Both the position numbers and the translations under genes were made by a program. The notes under the pieces are model-generated. The model was given only the letters and a program-made list of their open reading frames with translations, made no database searches and was not told where the DNA came from. A DNA stretch of 64,000 nucleotides from positions 22,506,001 to 22,570,000 of the forward strand of contig CM060731.1 of assembly GCA_030704615.1 (NCBI GenBank), in the 5' to 3' direction. Positions 1 through 11,055 of this stretch are shown one piece after another (the first letter of the stretch is position 1; the number at the start of each line of letters is the position of its first letter). This DNA comes from Takakia lepidozioides. Its lineage: Eukaryota > Plantae > Bryophyta.

Positions 1-1130
1 CCGTCAGGAGAGGAGGAGAGTGTGGGGATTGCACCAGGACCACCTCAATTGTCTCCATTGGACACCACACCTATTGTGTGGCAGTATCCGGATGAAGGCA
101 TTTGTCTTCTGGACTTGTTTGGCGGGATCAGCACCGGATTGGCTGCTGTGTTACAAGCAGGTGTACGAGTTTGGCGTTACCTGTATGTGGAGAGGGATGA
201 GACTGCACGACGCGTTTCACTTCGCCATGTTGCTCAGTTGGTGCAGCGGTACCCTGAGTTGTTGTCGGTGTCTGCAATTCGTGGATATCAGCAGGCCTTG
301 CCACAGACATTTCGTTGCTGGGGGCGCAGGATTTGGAGCGGGTTGGCTCCATTGATCTGGTAGTGGCAGGTTGGCCCTGCCAAGGGCATTCATCATCCGG
401 GCATGGCAATGGATTGCGAGACTCGAGGTCGGGTCTGTTTTGGGAGATGGTGCGGGTTTTGCGCCACTTGCAGCTTCATCAAGCTGTATCTCCAGCATAC
501 ATCTTGGAGAATGTGCCACTGATGGGCGATTCTCGGGCCAGGGTGATGGCCAGTGTGCATCAAGTCCGGTCGTGGCTTGGGTCAGCAGTGTTGCTAGATG
601 CAGCTACAGTGGGGTCACGGGCTCATCGTCCACGGCTATGGTGGACTAACTTGATGCCACCCGCACTGCTCAAGCGTGCATTTGATGGGGTGCAGCGGCC
701 AGCACATCTCACAGTGGATAACATTCTGGACACAGGGAGGCAGTCTCAGCGTGTGAGACACGATGACCGTTCGCCTTTGGCAGTGGTCAACAAGGTGGGT
801 CAACCACGAGCAGCATTACCTACACTGCTCAGCTTCCCAGGATCGCATGCTTTCCGGGATAGTGGACCTGGCCTCCTGTGGGATGCTCAGTTGCAGCAGT
901 TAGTGGAGCCTAATGCTGACGAGCGTGAGCGGGCAATGGGTTTTACCACTGGTACCACGGCGGTGTCGTCTCTTTCTGAGGCATCACGTCGTCAAGTGTT
1001 GGGGCAAGCAATGGATCTCAATTGCTTGACCTGGATTATCAGCTTGGCTCTGGCTGAGCAACGCAGAGTGCGGAGTACACTTCCCTCAATGGTCTCTCTG
1101 CCTACCGAGACGGTACAAGCAGTGAGTGGG
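1..1130 (+). CDS. DNMT3-like C5-cytosine DNA methyltransferase domain of the retroelement polyprotein (one frameshift near 305)
   Basis: ORFs 22-363 and 315-1223 together give the main motifs in unpermuted order: I LDLFGGISTG, II YVERD, IV DLVVAGWPCQ (PCQ 375-383), V SGLFWEMVRVL, VI YILENV (ENV 507-515), VIII LDAATVGSRAHRPRLWWTNL, IX ERERAMGF, X RRQVLGQAM. The reading frame is open from base 1. Confidence 0.9.
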
Positions 1131-1156
1131 GGCGAGCATGTGAGGACCACGGGTGC

Positions 1157-4048
1157 ATGCATCCATGGCACACGTGGGAGGTGCTCGAGGTTCAGAGGGA
1201 GTTGGCAGCCAAGGCGGCTGTGATAGATGAGGTTGGGGATTCTTCTCGGGTTGAGGAGGTCCTCAATGATGAGATGATGGGGCAGGATGAGGTCTTGTCA
1301 TTGACTGAGCAGGCATGGAGTACTGCTCAAGAGGTTGCAGCATAGCAACCACGGGACGCGTCCTCTACCTCTAAGCCCACTGGACTTAAGGTTGTAGTTA
1401 CGGAGGACAATTGGGAGCCTGACATTGGACCCATTGTCACCGGAGGAGAGAGACGACGTATACGGCGGTTCCTGAGGGCTTACAGGAATTGCTTTGCCTT
1501 CAGTCTGAAGGACTTGGGAGCACTGAAGGGTCAAGAGATCCGTATTGAGTTGGCCACTGACACGCCAATCTTTCGGAGACCCTATAGATACAGTGACATG
1601 GAGAGGTCTTTGATTCAGATGAGGACTCAAGATCTCTGGGAGGCAGGTTTGGTGGAGCTCTCTGGTGGAGAGTATGCTTCAGCCACAGTGATGCCAGCCA
1701 AGAAGGATGTCTATGGCAATTGGACGGAGAGACGTATGTGCGGTGATTACCGGCCTGTAAATCGTCAGACCAAGTCCGATAAGTATGCCATGCCAACACC
1801 AGAGGAGATCTTTGATGCCATCGGGCATGCTAAGGCCTTTAGCACTTTGGATTTACGATCCGGATATCACCAGTTGCCAATCAAGGAGGCGGACAAGCAG
1901 AAGACCGCATTCTGGGGGATCAATGAGCACGGCAAGGATTGCCTATACCAGTGGCGGTTCTTACCATTTGGGCTTAAGAATGCTCCTGCAGAGTTTCAGA
2001 GAGTCATGGATAGGATTCTAGCAAGGGTGGACTTTGCTCGGTGCTACATAGATGACATCATCATCTTTAGTGTTACGATGGAGGAGCATGAGAGACACCT
2101 TCAGGTGGTATTGGAGCGCTTGAGAGCGCACGGATTGAAGTTGCATCCGGGGAAGTGCAAGTTTTTCCACAACCAGATTGAGTATCTGGGTCACATGATA
2201 TATCCTGGAGGATTGGGGGTACAGCAAACTAAGGTAGAGGCCATTGCACAAATTCCACGCCCCACGGATGTGAGCCGAGTTCGAGCTTTCATGGGGTTGG
2301 CAAACTATTATAGACGGTTTGTCAAGGGATTTAGTACCATTGCAAAGGCTCTAACCAAGCTGACCAAGGTGGACCAGGAGTGGCAGTGGGAAGATGAGCA
2401 GGAACGAGCTTTTCAAGAGCTCAAGGCGAGGTTGACCTCGGCGCCTATCTTGAGACGACCTATCAGGGGGCGTCCTTTTCAGCTGCATACGGATTGGAGC
2501 ATGTTGGGGCTTGGAGCGGTGCTCACACAGGTGGATGATGAGGGAAGAGAGTTCGTAGTGGCTTACGCTAGCCGCTCGAACAACGCTGTAGAGGCTAAGT
2601 ACAGCTCATATGAGGGAGAGTGCTTAGCTGCAGTGTGGGCCGTGGCACACTTCAGGTGCTATCTATACAGCAATCTTTTCACCCTTGTCACGGATCACCA
2701 GCCACTCAAGTGGTTGATGGAGTCAGACAAGCTTACGGGGAAGCTTGCACGGTGGGCACTTATACTCCAGGAGTATGACTTCCAGGTTGTGCATCGACCG
2801 GGTTTGGTCAATCGGGATGCGGATGGATTGAGTCGCAATCCATGCATGAGCCAGCAGGATGACACTGGAGCTCGGTGGCATGGTGAGACGGACGAGAAGA
2901 TGGTGCCGGGATGGCACGCATCTGCATTTTTGTGTATCTTGGCATGGGGAGGTCAGATTGGACCTACAATAGGGATGACTGTAGACGGAGTGTCTGAGGA
3001 CCTTGAGGCTAGTGATGAGCTAGGTGGTGCCAGAGATATACATGAGGATTCGGCTGTGTTGGACTACCTCCGCACGGGAGACACGGCAGCCATTGTGACT
3101 GCCAGGGAGAGGGATCGGATCCTGCAACGAGCCAAGAGGTTCAAATGGGAGGGGATACACCTACTTCGAGTATGGGAGAATGGTCGGGTGAGGATTGTGC
3201 CTCACCCCACACAGCGTGCACGGTTAGTGCGGCATGCCCATGAGGAGTTGGGGCATTTTGGAGTGCGACGCACTCACAGTTTACTGCAGGGGCAGTATTG
3301 GTGGCGTGGTATGCATACAGAGGTGCAACAGTTCGTGGCTAGGTGCATGGTATGTGACAGGGTGCGTGCTTCATTCAACGCCCCTACACCACAGTTGCAT
3401 CCTTTACCAATCATGGGATTGGGCTACAGGTGGAGTCTTGACTTCGCAGGACCGTTGCCACTGACTATGCGCCACCACAAATATGTGTTGGTGATGGTGG
3501 AGCACTTCTCCAAGTGGATTGAGTTGGTTCCATTGCCTGACAAGGCTAGTGAGGGGGCTGCGTATGCATTCTTGGATCGTGTGCTTAGCCGATTTGGTGC
3601 TCCAACTGAGGTACTCACGGACCAAGGGAGAGAGTTTTTGGGGGAGTTTCAGGCTTTGTGTGATAAAGCCTTGATAGACCACCGCACCACTTCTCGGGAT
3701 CATCCTGAGGCCGATGGCTTAGCAGAGAGAGTTGTTCAGACGGTGAAGAGGGGTTTGCGCAAGTATGGCTTGCAGAAGGGACACCTAGGAGATTGGGATC
3801 TTCAGGTTCCTTGGTTAGCCATGGGCTACAGGTTCAGCAAACAAGCATCACTTGCCTCTTTCTCACCATATTTCCTTCTCTTCGGCCGGATTTGCCTGCA
3901 GCCATTCGTAGGGACACTGCTCAAGTCCTTAACCTTCACGATCCAGACGTGTGGGTACGTGCATGTGATCAGCGTGCAGAGTTGTTCAAGAAAGTCATGC
4001 CCATGGCTTTTGAGAACCTTGCCATTGCACAGCACCGTGATACGTTGA
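1157..4048 (+). CDS. pol: Gypsy pol: linker, reverse transcriptase, RNase H, integrase core
   Basis: ORFs 1157-1345 and 1514-4048 share a frame and are separated by a single TAG (1343-1345). Motifs: RMCGDYRPVN, LDLRSGYHQ, PFGLKNAP, YIDD, LHTDWS, TDHQPL, HEELGH..CMVC, SLDFAGP, TDQG, AERVVQ. Frameshift near 3890. Confidence 0.95.
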
Positions 4049-4473
4049 GGTATGCCACTATACATGGTGGAGGATATCGTCATGGGGTTCGGAGGTTTAG
4101 CCCTGGTGACTATGTTTATTTGCAGCAGACTGCTCCTACGACTCTGGATGTTACTGCAGGGCGTGTTATTCTGAGGGTTCGAGAGGTGTTGCCCTCAGGG
4201 GTCCTGATCTTGGAGGGTCGGGATGGCATGACTTGGAAGGACCATGTGCGTAATTGTGCGTCATGTCACCTTCCCAATGTCGATGGCAGAGTTGACCCAA
4301 ACTTGGCAGTGGTACCTGCAGGTTTGAGGTGCATGCTTTGTGGGTCTGCCAAAGGGGCAGCCACCATGCTGGTGTGTGATCGATGCTCAAGGGGTTGGCA
4401 TATGGGATGCTTGACACCACCTCTTGAGAAGGTTCCTGACGGAGATTGGTTGTGTCCACACTGCTTGGGATAG
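3890..4473 (+). CDS. Integrase C-terminal region ending in a C4HC3 PHD finger (about 4330-4464)
   Basis: CMLC-x11-CDRC-x4-HMGC-x11-WLCPHC immediately before the stop codon, preceded by an SH3-like FSPGDYVYL module. Confidence 0.9.
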
Positions 4474-4724
4474 TGGCAGTGGACATGACTGGAGGCAGCT
4501 AACAAGACATGGGAGGCCAAGCTCATAGGAGTCAATACATGAGATCCCAAGCTCAAGTTCACAGGTTGCAAGACGGCGACTAATGATGGGGCAACTCTTG
4601 CACCCGTCTATCGAGTTTGAGTGTAGTAGGGATAATGGTGGAGGACTTAGTGAGGCTATGGTCACTATCACATCTTGTGGCTACCTGGACTTAGAAGGAC
4701 CTAAGCACCAGCTAGGGGGGCGAT

Positions 4725-4912
4725 TGTGTGGACTAGTGACTGCCATAGTGGGCAGCATAATGGCAGCCTAGTGACTGACTAGTTGTAGCCTAGTGGTTGG
4801 ACTAGTGGTTGGACTAGTGGTGGACTAGTAGTATACTAGTGTGTGGTGTGCACATGTGTTGTGTGGTTTTGGACAGCGATGTAGTTGTGTAGCGATATGT
4901 ATGCGCACGACA
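4725..4912 (+). repeat. Putative 3' LTR of the DNMT-Gypsy element (short, with internal GGACTAGT-type repeats)
   Basis: TG directly follows the polypurine tract. A candidate end ...GCACGACA at 4912 is followed by a shift to AT-rich sequence. The partner LTR is outside the window, so the right end is unverified. Confidence 0.45.
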
Positions 4913-5941
4913 GTATAAATGGACAAACAAATGTGGAAGACTCGCACTCACTAGAACTTGGTGTGTATAATTATGGTAAAAAAATGAAAATAAAAATGGA
5001 GAAACAAATATTATGGAAGAGTCATTGAGACGGACAAGTATTTAAATTAACGACTCGTCGTTGGAACCTAGTCTTAAGATACATAGAAAGCACACTAGTA
5101 CATAAAATTGATAAGTGCATGTGAATTCAAAACAAACGAGAAAAGTAGCGCAAAAAGGAAGGGAGAAGAGATTTGGATTACCATAAGGTCCATAACCATT
5201 ATTGGTTATGTACATTGGATAGTACAATCATATTTGCAAAAGGAATGGTGAGGGTTTAGGGATAAATGCTTAAGGATCTTTTAGGGTAAAGGGTTTAGGG
5301 GAAAGGGTTTTACTAGGATAAGGGTTTACTAAGGTAGGGGTTTTGGTTTAAGTTAGAAATGGACAAACAAACATGAAAGACCGTTTGTCGCTAGACATAG
5401 ACTCGCTTAGAGGTCCAGGAAAAGGAAGAAAACATGAGAGGTATAAGTTAAGGAGTGACAAATTGAAAAGTGTGGCAATAATGATAGGGTAAGGGTCCTC
5501 TTAGTGGGATACCTCAGTTGGAGACTTGGCTTGAGTCAAGTGCAAGCACTGAGAGACGGACTAGAATTGGCGCAATGACGATACATTGAAAAAAAACATT
5601 TAGACCGGATTGGAAAAGAAAGACTCTAGGGGTTGTGCCAGCATTTTGCTTTTTGGGGTGCATTGTCTGTTTTGTAAGCCAGAATCCCCCACACAAATAT
5701 TTATAGATGAACAGAATGTACAGCAGTGCAGAATCCAGCACGTCAAAAAAAAAAAAAAAATTTGAACGTCCACTACCCACTCGAGGTTCAGTGCGACAGA
5801 AACAAAAAAAACAGGAATGATCCCCCAACGCAAACACGAAGGGAAAAAAGCGTAAAGAATTTTTTTATTTTAAAACAGAGGACCGGAAATCACCTCAACA
5901 TTTAGTCCATGGACTGAAAGTGGTTCACAAGAAGGCAACCT

Positions 5942-8900
5942 TCAGATATCTGGCTGAAGGTTAGCCTCCTCCAAATTCGCGCGCGCCTTCACTGCTTCCA
6001 CCGCTGTAATTCTCTTGGTGCTATTTCTTGTCGTATTTTTTCGTGGCAGCATTGTCCACACGACATTGTTCACGTGGATCCTTGAGCAGGATCTGACGGG
6101 TTGTACTCCCAAACTTTTGATCAGCAGTCCCTGTACCTCTCAAAGTCTGAGGGGTTACCTCTTTTCTTTGGTCTCCACCACTTCACCTTCACTTTCTTAA
6201 AATTAAGATCTTCCCTTTCTCGGATGACATTTAAAATTGTCATTCCCATCCAGACCGGGCACGTCGTTGGGTCATGAAGGCGAACGAGCACAAAAAACCC
6301 TTTCTCAATATCCTTGAACGGATTCAAGGGTATTATTGGACGCTCGCACCTAGGGCCACAGTAAGGTTCTGGAACTTCATCCTCATCTTCCATATCTTCC
6401 AGTATCTGTGGCTGGATGCCATCCCTCCGATGGTTTGAGGACCAATTTGTTTTCGGCCAGAATCCCTCAAGAAGCTGAATACGATCCGGAATGTTCTGCA
6501 TTAGCTTATCAAGTTCAGCAAGAATATTTCCCCAGTATTGGTCGTATTGTTCCATTACACCCCGGTAATGATCGTCAAGCAACATTCCATTGGTCCAAAA
6601 ATCTCTATATTTCTTAATACCATTTTTAATGAAGGACTGTTTTTCGGAGGAGTCGTCCCTGACTCCCCATATCGGTCTTCTTGGAACGGCATCTGGGTCT
6701 ACTTCAGGGAGATTTGGAATCCCATCAGGGTTGGACTTCCACATCTTAACGTTGGAGTTTGTAGGAAGCCACTCCAAATCAGTAGAGCTCTGACTTCTTG
6801 TACTTCATAATGGGCCAGCCATCCGCATTCTTAAAAAACCGAAAGACGTGCATCTCTGAGATCCCGACCAAAGCCTCATTTCCATCAAGAGTACAACCAT
6901 TAACAAACTTCTTGAAGTCGGGAACCTCCTGAATAATTTGAGGAATGAATTGCATATCTTGGGAGATCATGAATGACCTCATCAAATCCGGAAGAATGTA
7001 GGTGTTGCGTTCCTTTAGCTTCTTCGAGAGATAGCTAAAAAATCCGTCAATATCCTCATGGGTGTGCCTGACCATGAGAAAACCAAGCTGGATCTCTTCA
7101 AAGACATCTTTGGCAGTGAGGAGGGATTCTTATTGTCCTTGGAGGAGTTGTCCATCTGCAAATAAAGTCGTTTAGGAAGTGGTCGAGCACCACGTTTATC
7201 TTACGGCCTGTAGGGTTTCAGAGCCTCCAAACATCTCGATTTACCTCTCATGAGCGTTTCAAAAAAATCATTTTGAACTTCATTATCGAAAATGTTCCTG
7301 GATTCCCGACATGTCGGCTTTTCCAGTTGACGCAGGCACTGAGCCAGCGACCCAATTGTGAAGTTTGAATTGTCCTTCCAGAACTCAAGAGAAAATTGAG
7401 CGTAAGCTTCATCACCGTGTCTATGCGTAACCATTCTTGTCAATGAGACAGACAACTGACCTAATCCCGAGACCATCTTGTTCGTCGTCTGTAGCCTCGG
7501 AATAGCCATTTTCCTATTATTCATCTTATCGTGAATAATACACAGGAACTCCTCCGGAATCATAGACTCATTCCTCCAGCTATGGTACAGCCTTCTGCAT
7601 GACTCTTGATGTCTCAAGTGTAATCAAACGCCTGCTTATGTGCGACCTGTTCGGAACTCCTCTTAATTTACTTCTTGATCAAGTCCTTCAACATCTCGCA
7701 TTATGTGCACTTAGCAAAGGTGCTTCCGATTTTCCGAACCTCAGAATAAACACGGTGGTGGCGGCTGAAGTCTGTGCCACTTTTGTCGCTTCCAGCACAA
7801 CATTCACCCTTGTTTTGTTTTGGTTCTGTATACGGCTTACAACTGGCTGCGAGACTTTTTTCAAACCGAGAAGTCTGTTCGTCTGCACCCCAACTCCCCA
7901 ATAATGTCAATGTCCACTGGGCAGTGGAGGTCCTACAAAGTGGAAGAACAAGAAAGCATGATGGCATCAACAAGAATAAAATCAGCCACAGTATTATGAA
8001 AAAAGAAAGGGGACAACGAATAAAAGTCACCTCGTTGGACTCCTCTCAAATTCTCTTCCAGTTCATTTCGGGTGGCAAAATTCTCAAATTATCCCGACGT
8101 CCCTCTCCAATGCAACGTGTTTTGTGAGGCATAAGGTCAATATCGGCATTGATAATGGACATAATGTTCTCCTCTGCCTGGGGTATCCCTGTTCAAGGCC
8201 GCTTGACGCCACGATTTCCGCGGAAAGATGACAAACAACCCTCTTTACTGAGCTTTTTGTACTCCATGTACGTTGACCTTCCAATTTCGTGTATTATCCA
8301 CCATGTTTTCTCACAAACATCAACACCTTCTATCGTAACATACGACCTGCGCGATGCCCCTTCCATAATGTGAAGTCGTTTTGAAACATTCAATCCAAGT
8401 TCTCTCTTCTCATCGAATGACGAACCCCAAAATGTAGTACGAATTGCCAAGGTTTTTCTCCAATCAAAATACTGGCAGCACTGAAGCTTGCAGCAAGGTT
8501 TGCTGCTCACCGACCTCACTTCCTCCAAAGTCAGATTTTTCTTGCATTCTTTTTAGTCCCCCAAATTGGATGTTTTTTTCTTCCTATTAAAATGCCTGTA
8601 TGCTACTTTCTTCACGCCTGTACCATGGTCGTCATTCTCCATGTCACTGCATGATCGCATGAAATTTTCGAGATCAACGGAGAGTATTCGGCCATTTTCA
8701 AGAAGTCTTGTTTTTGTTAACGACCATTTCACAATGGACATCAGATAACCGGATTCTCCAGAGATTGTTCTGGTGACCAAAACCCCAACATCGTCCTCTC
8801 CGAGTTTGTCATTCAGAATGATCTCGTTAGGAATGCATGCCTGAATTCGGCCTTCGAACAGGGCGTTTTCGTCCTCCCCAAGAAGAAGACACTGCAAGTT

Positions 8901-9320
8901 TCTCCAACAATCTCTCCCAAGACCTACAGCCGGATCCTCTTCAGTTTCACCGTTGGACGGAATTTCATTGCTTTCAGTGCTTTGTCCTTGATAATCACTA
9001 TCTTCTGTGATGGAATGACATCCCGGGTTTGTTTGAGATGCTGAATCCACAGTTTCATGCGAGTGAACACAAGAGACATCCCACACAACTAGAGTCCCAA
9101 TCGCCTCCTTCAATGTGTCAGTATCTATGTGTCGATAAGGCAGAGGATAGGAGCTGAATGCGTCATCACAAAAGATCATGGTAACTGAAATGGTAGACGA
9201 ACACAAGTGGTGTTCGTGGCAAGTTCCTTCCCCAGAAACATTTAGGCAATCTCCTGAGGCAACCACTGATGGAGATCCAGGAAGCGACAGAAACACCTTT
9301 TGGCCTACTTGGAGCCCCAT
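5942..9320 (-). pseudogene. DDD/E transposase, Sola/DUF7869-like, with N-terminal Tnp1/En-Spm-like domains; disrupted
   Basis: Fragments read PCCKLQCC..RTTFW..VCEKTWWIIHEI, FAKCT, CIIHDKM, LYLQMDNSSKDNK and FLMVRHTHEDIDGFFSYL. There is an intron at about 7886-8029 and several stops and frameshifts. Likely start is MGLQVGQKV at 9320. Confidence 0.7.
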
Positions 9321-9329
9321 GAATTTAGT

Positions 9330-9353
9330 AACCTCCACTGGGCAGTGGAGGTT
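9330..9353. repeat. 24-bp palindrome AACCTCCACTG-NN-CAGTGGAGGTT (perfect copy)
   Basis: 11-bp perfect inverted arms, 10 bp upstream of the likely transposase ATG. Confidence 0.9.
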
Positions 9354-9603
9354 CAATAAAATCGTATTACAGGAAGGAAGATTAACTGAAGGAAAGAACG
9401 TCGTGCCACCGAAAGGAGGAGTTGAAGTAGAACTTTTTTGACAGTTTTGAATGAGAAAAACAATATGGTTTGAAAAAGTAAAGTCAATGTTTGGATCTAT
9501 CCCGAGACTGATGAAAAACAATTGGATAAAGTGGAGTATAAGGGCGGAATATAGAACAATGTGACTACATCTATCTGAACTATCAGATGAAGTCACAAAT
9601 GCC

Positions 9604-9627
9604 AACCTCCACTGGACAGTGGAGGTT
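9604..9627. repeat. 24-bp palindrome AACCTCCACTG-NN-CAGTGGAGGTT (perfect copy)
   Basis: AACCTCCACTG GA CAGTGGAGGTT. Confidence 0.9.
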
Positions 9628-10406
9628 GGATGATATCTGTTGATGAAATCAACCACATGAATGAACAATGGATACTGAAGAAGCCCTCTGTAGATAAGAA
9701 ATTGATTATAGGGATGGATGAATAATAATGTGGCGACTGCCCAGTGGAGGTTTGGGAGTAACTTTAGACAAACAAAAGCAAGTTTAGTGGGTGCACATGG
9801 AGAGTACAAAAAAAAATGAGTATCATATTATCCTACGTGAGAAATGTGCAGTTGACACCCGAGACTAAGGAAGCAGAGAGAGACTCAGAGGCTGCTTCAG
9901 AAGTACCCTGTGGGCAGAGTGGTGCAGGAAAGGCAAAGAGATGCACGTTGTCAAGAGAGGTGCAGGATGTTCAGAGAGGTGCGCAAGAGAAAAGAAGCAA
10001 GTGAGAGGTTCGCAGTAGGAAGTTGGTGCTGTGTGGAGTCGGACGTTATATAGAGGTGACAAGTAACTTTAATCTTGAATCGCTCCAATGGCAGTGTGGT
10101 ATGTTTTCTCTCCCAGATCGATTGTGGCCACTTTGGATTAAGGCGGAATCGAACGGCTTATTTCAACTCGCGAAATCACGGCTTCATTGAAAGTGTGCAC
10201 AATTTTCCATTTATTGACAGCAGCCATTGTCACATTTAATTATGGAACAAACGATAACAATCGTTGAATTCTATCGTACTTGTACATTAGTAGGACTACA
10301 TGTCTGACATCATTATCGTGCGGCTCTGACAACAGAGTCTGCAATAAGCGTGAAGGATGTCGATTCTGACAAGTGGCCTGGAGAAATGAAGTCATGCGGC
10401 TAATCG

Positions 10407-11017
10407 TGTTATGGACATAGCCCAGAAATTTTTACCAAGAGTAAATACCAGAAGTTATCAAGTTACCATGTTACCGGAAGTTATCTTGACTTACCGTAAT
10501 TTATCATGATCTACCATGATTTACCATTAGTTACCAAGTTACCGGGAGTTTATCAAATTACCAAGAGTTACTTGGGAAACTGCTCATGAAGCTTCTTTTG
10601 GAGGAAACTTCTCCATCAAGATACCTCATTTGTTTAAGGAAGCTTCTCCCATCAAGAAACCTTTATAGAGGAAGCTTCTTAGGGAACTTCTTAATAGCCA
10701 GTATATATAGAAGGCGAGACTGGACACTCTTCAGTCTCGCCAATACCAGTTCAAGCTACTCTTGTTTCCAATTCCCAGTACTCCAGTTCCTAGTACTCTA
10801 GCCCAATTTCCAGTATCTGGTACTCCAGTCCAGTTTCTAGCATTCCAGTATTCAAGTCGTGTTCCAATATCTTGTTCTCTTGTTCATTGTTATAAAGATC
10901 ATCATGATTCATATTTACTCATCATGCATTCGGCCACGCCGACCTTGACTTCTTGTCTAGTCTTATACATCTAGTCTGATCTCTTATTTGTGTTTAGTGA
11001 TATTCTCGTCCTTGACA
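10407..11017 (+). repeat. 5' LTR of the Tcn1-like element
   Basis: TGTTATGGACATAGCCCAGAA...CTTGACA, with TTACCA-type repeats and a TATA-like GTATATATAG at 10701. It lacks a segment present near the start of the 3' LTR. Confidence 0.93.
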
Positions 11018-11055
11018 GTTTGGCGAAACTAAAGTTTGTTCCTTAGTTAGTTAAG

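Larger units (their letters stand above)
1..4912 (+). mobile_element. Ty3/Gypsy LTR retrotransposon encoding a C5 DNA methyltransferase and a C-terminal PHD finger (5' part outside the window)
   Basis: Domain order is DNMT - RT (YIDD at 2045-2056) - RNase H - integrase (HHCC and DDE) - PHD, followed by a purine tract AGGGGGGCGAT (4714-4724) and a TG...CA segment. RT-RH-INT is the Gypsy order. Confidence 0.9.

Noticed and set aside
1-1130. Host DRM, CMT or MET1 gene, or a bacterial restriction-modification contaminant
   Set aside because: It is intronless with unpermuted motifs, no chromodomain insertion and no restriction partner, and it is contiguous with a Gypsy pol.
9321-9809. N-terminal extension of the 418-aa ORF 8553-9809
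   Set aside because: It looks like UTR or intron sequence, contains three palindrome copies, and domain-like sequence begins only at MGLQVGQK.
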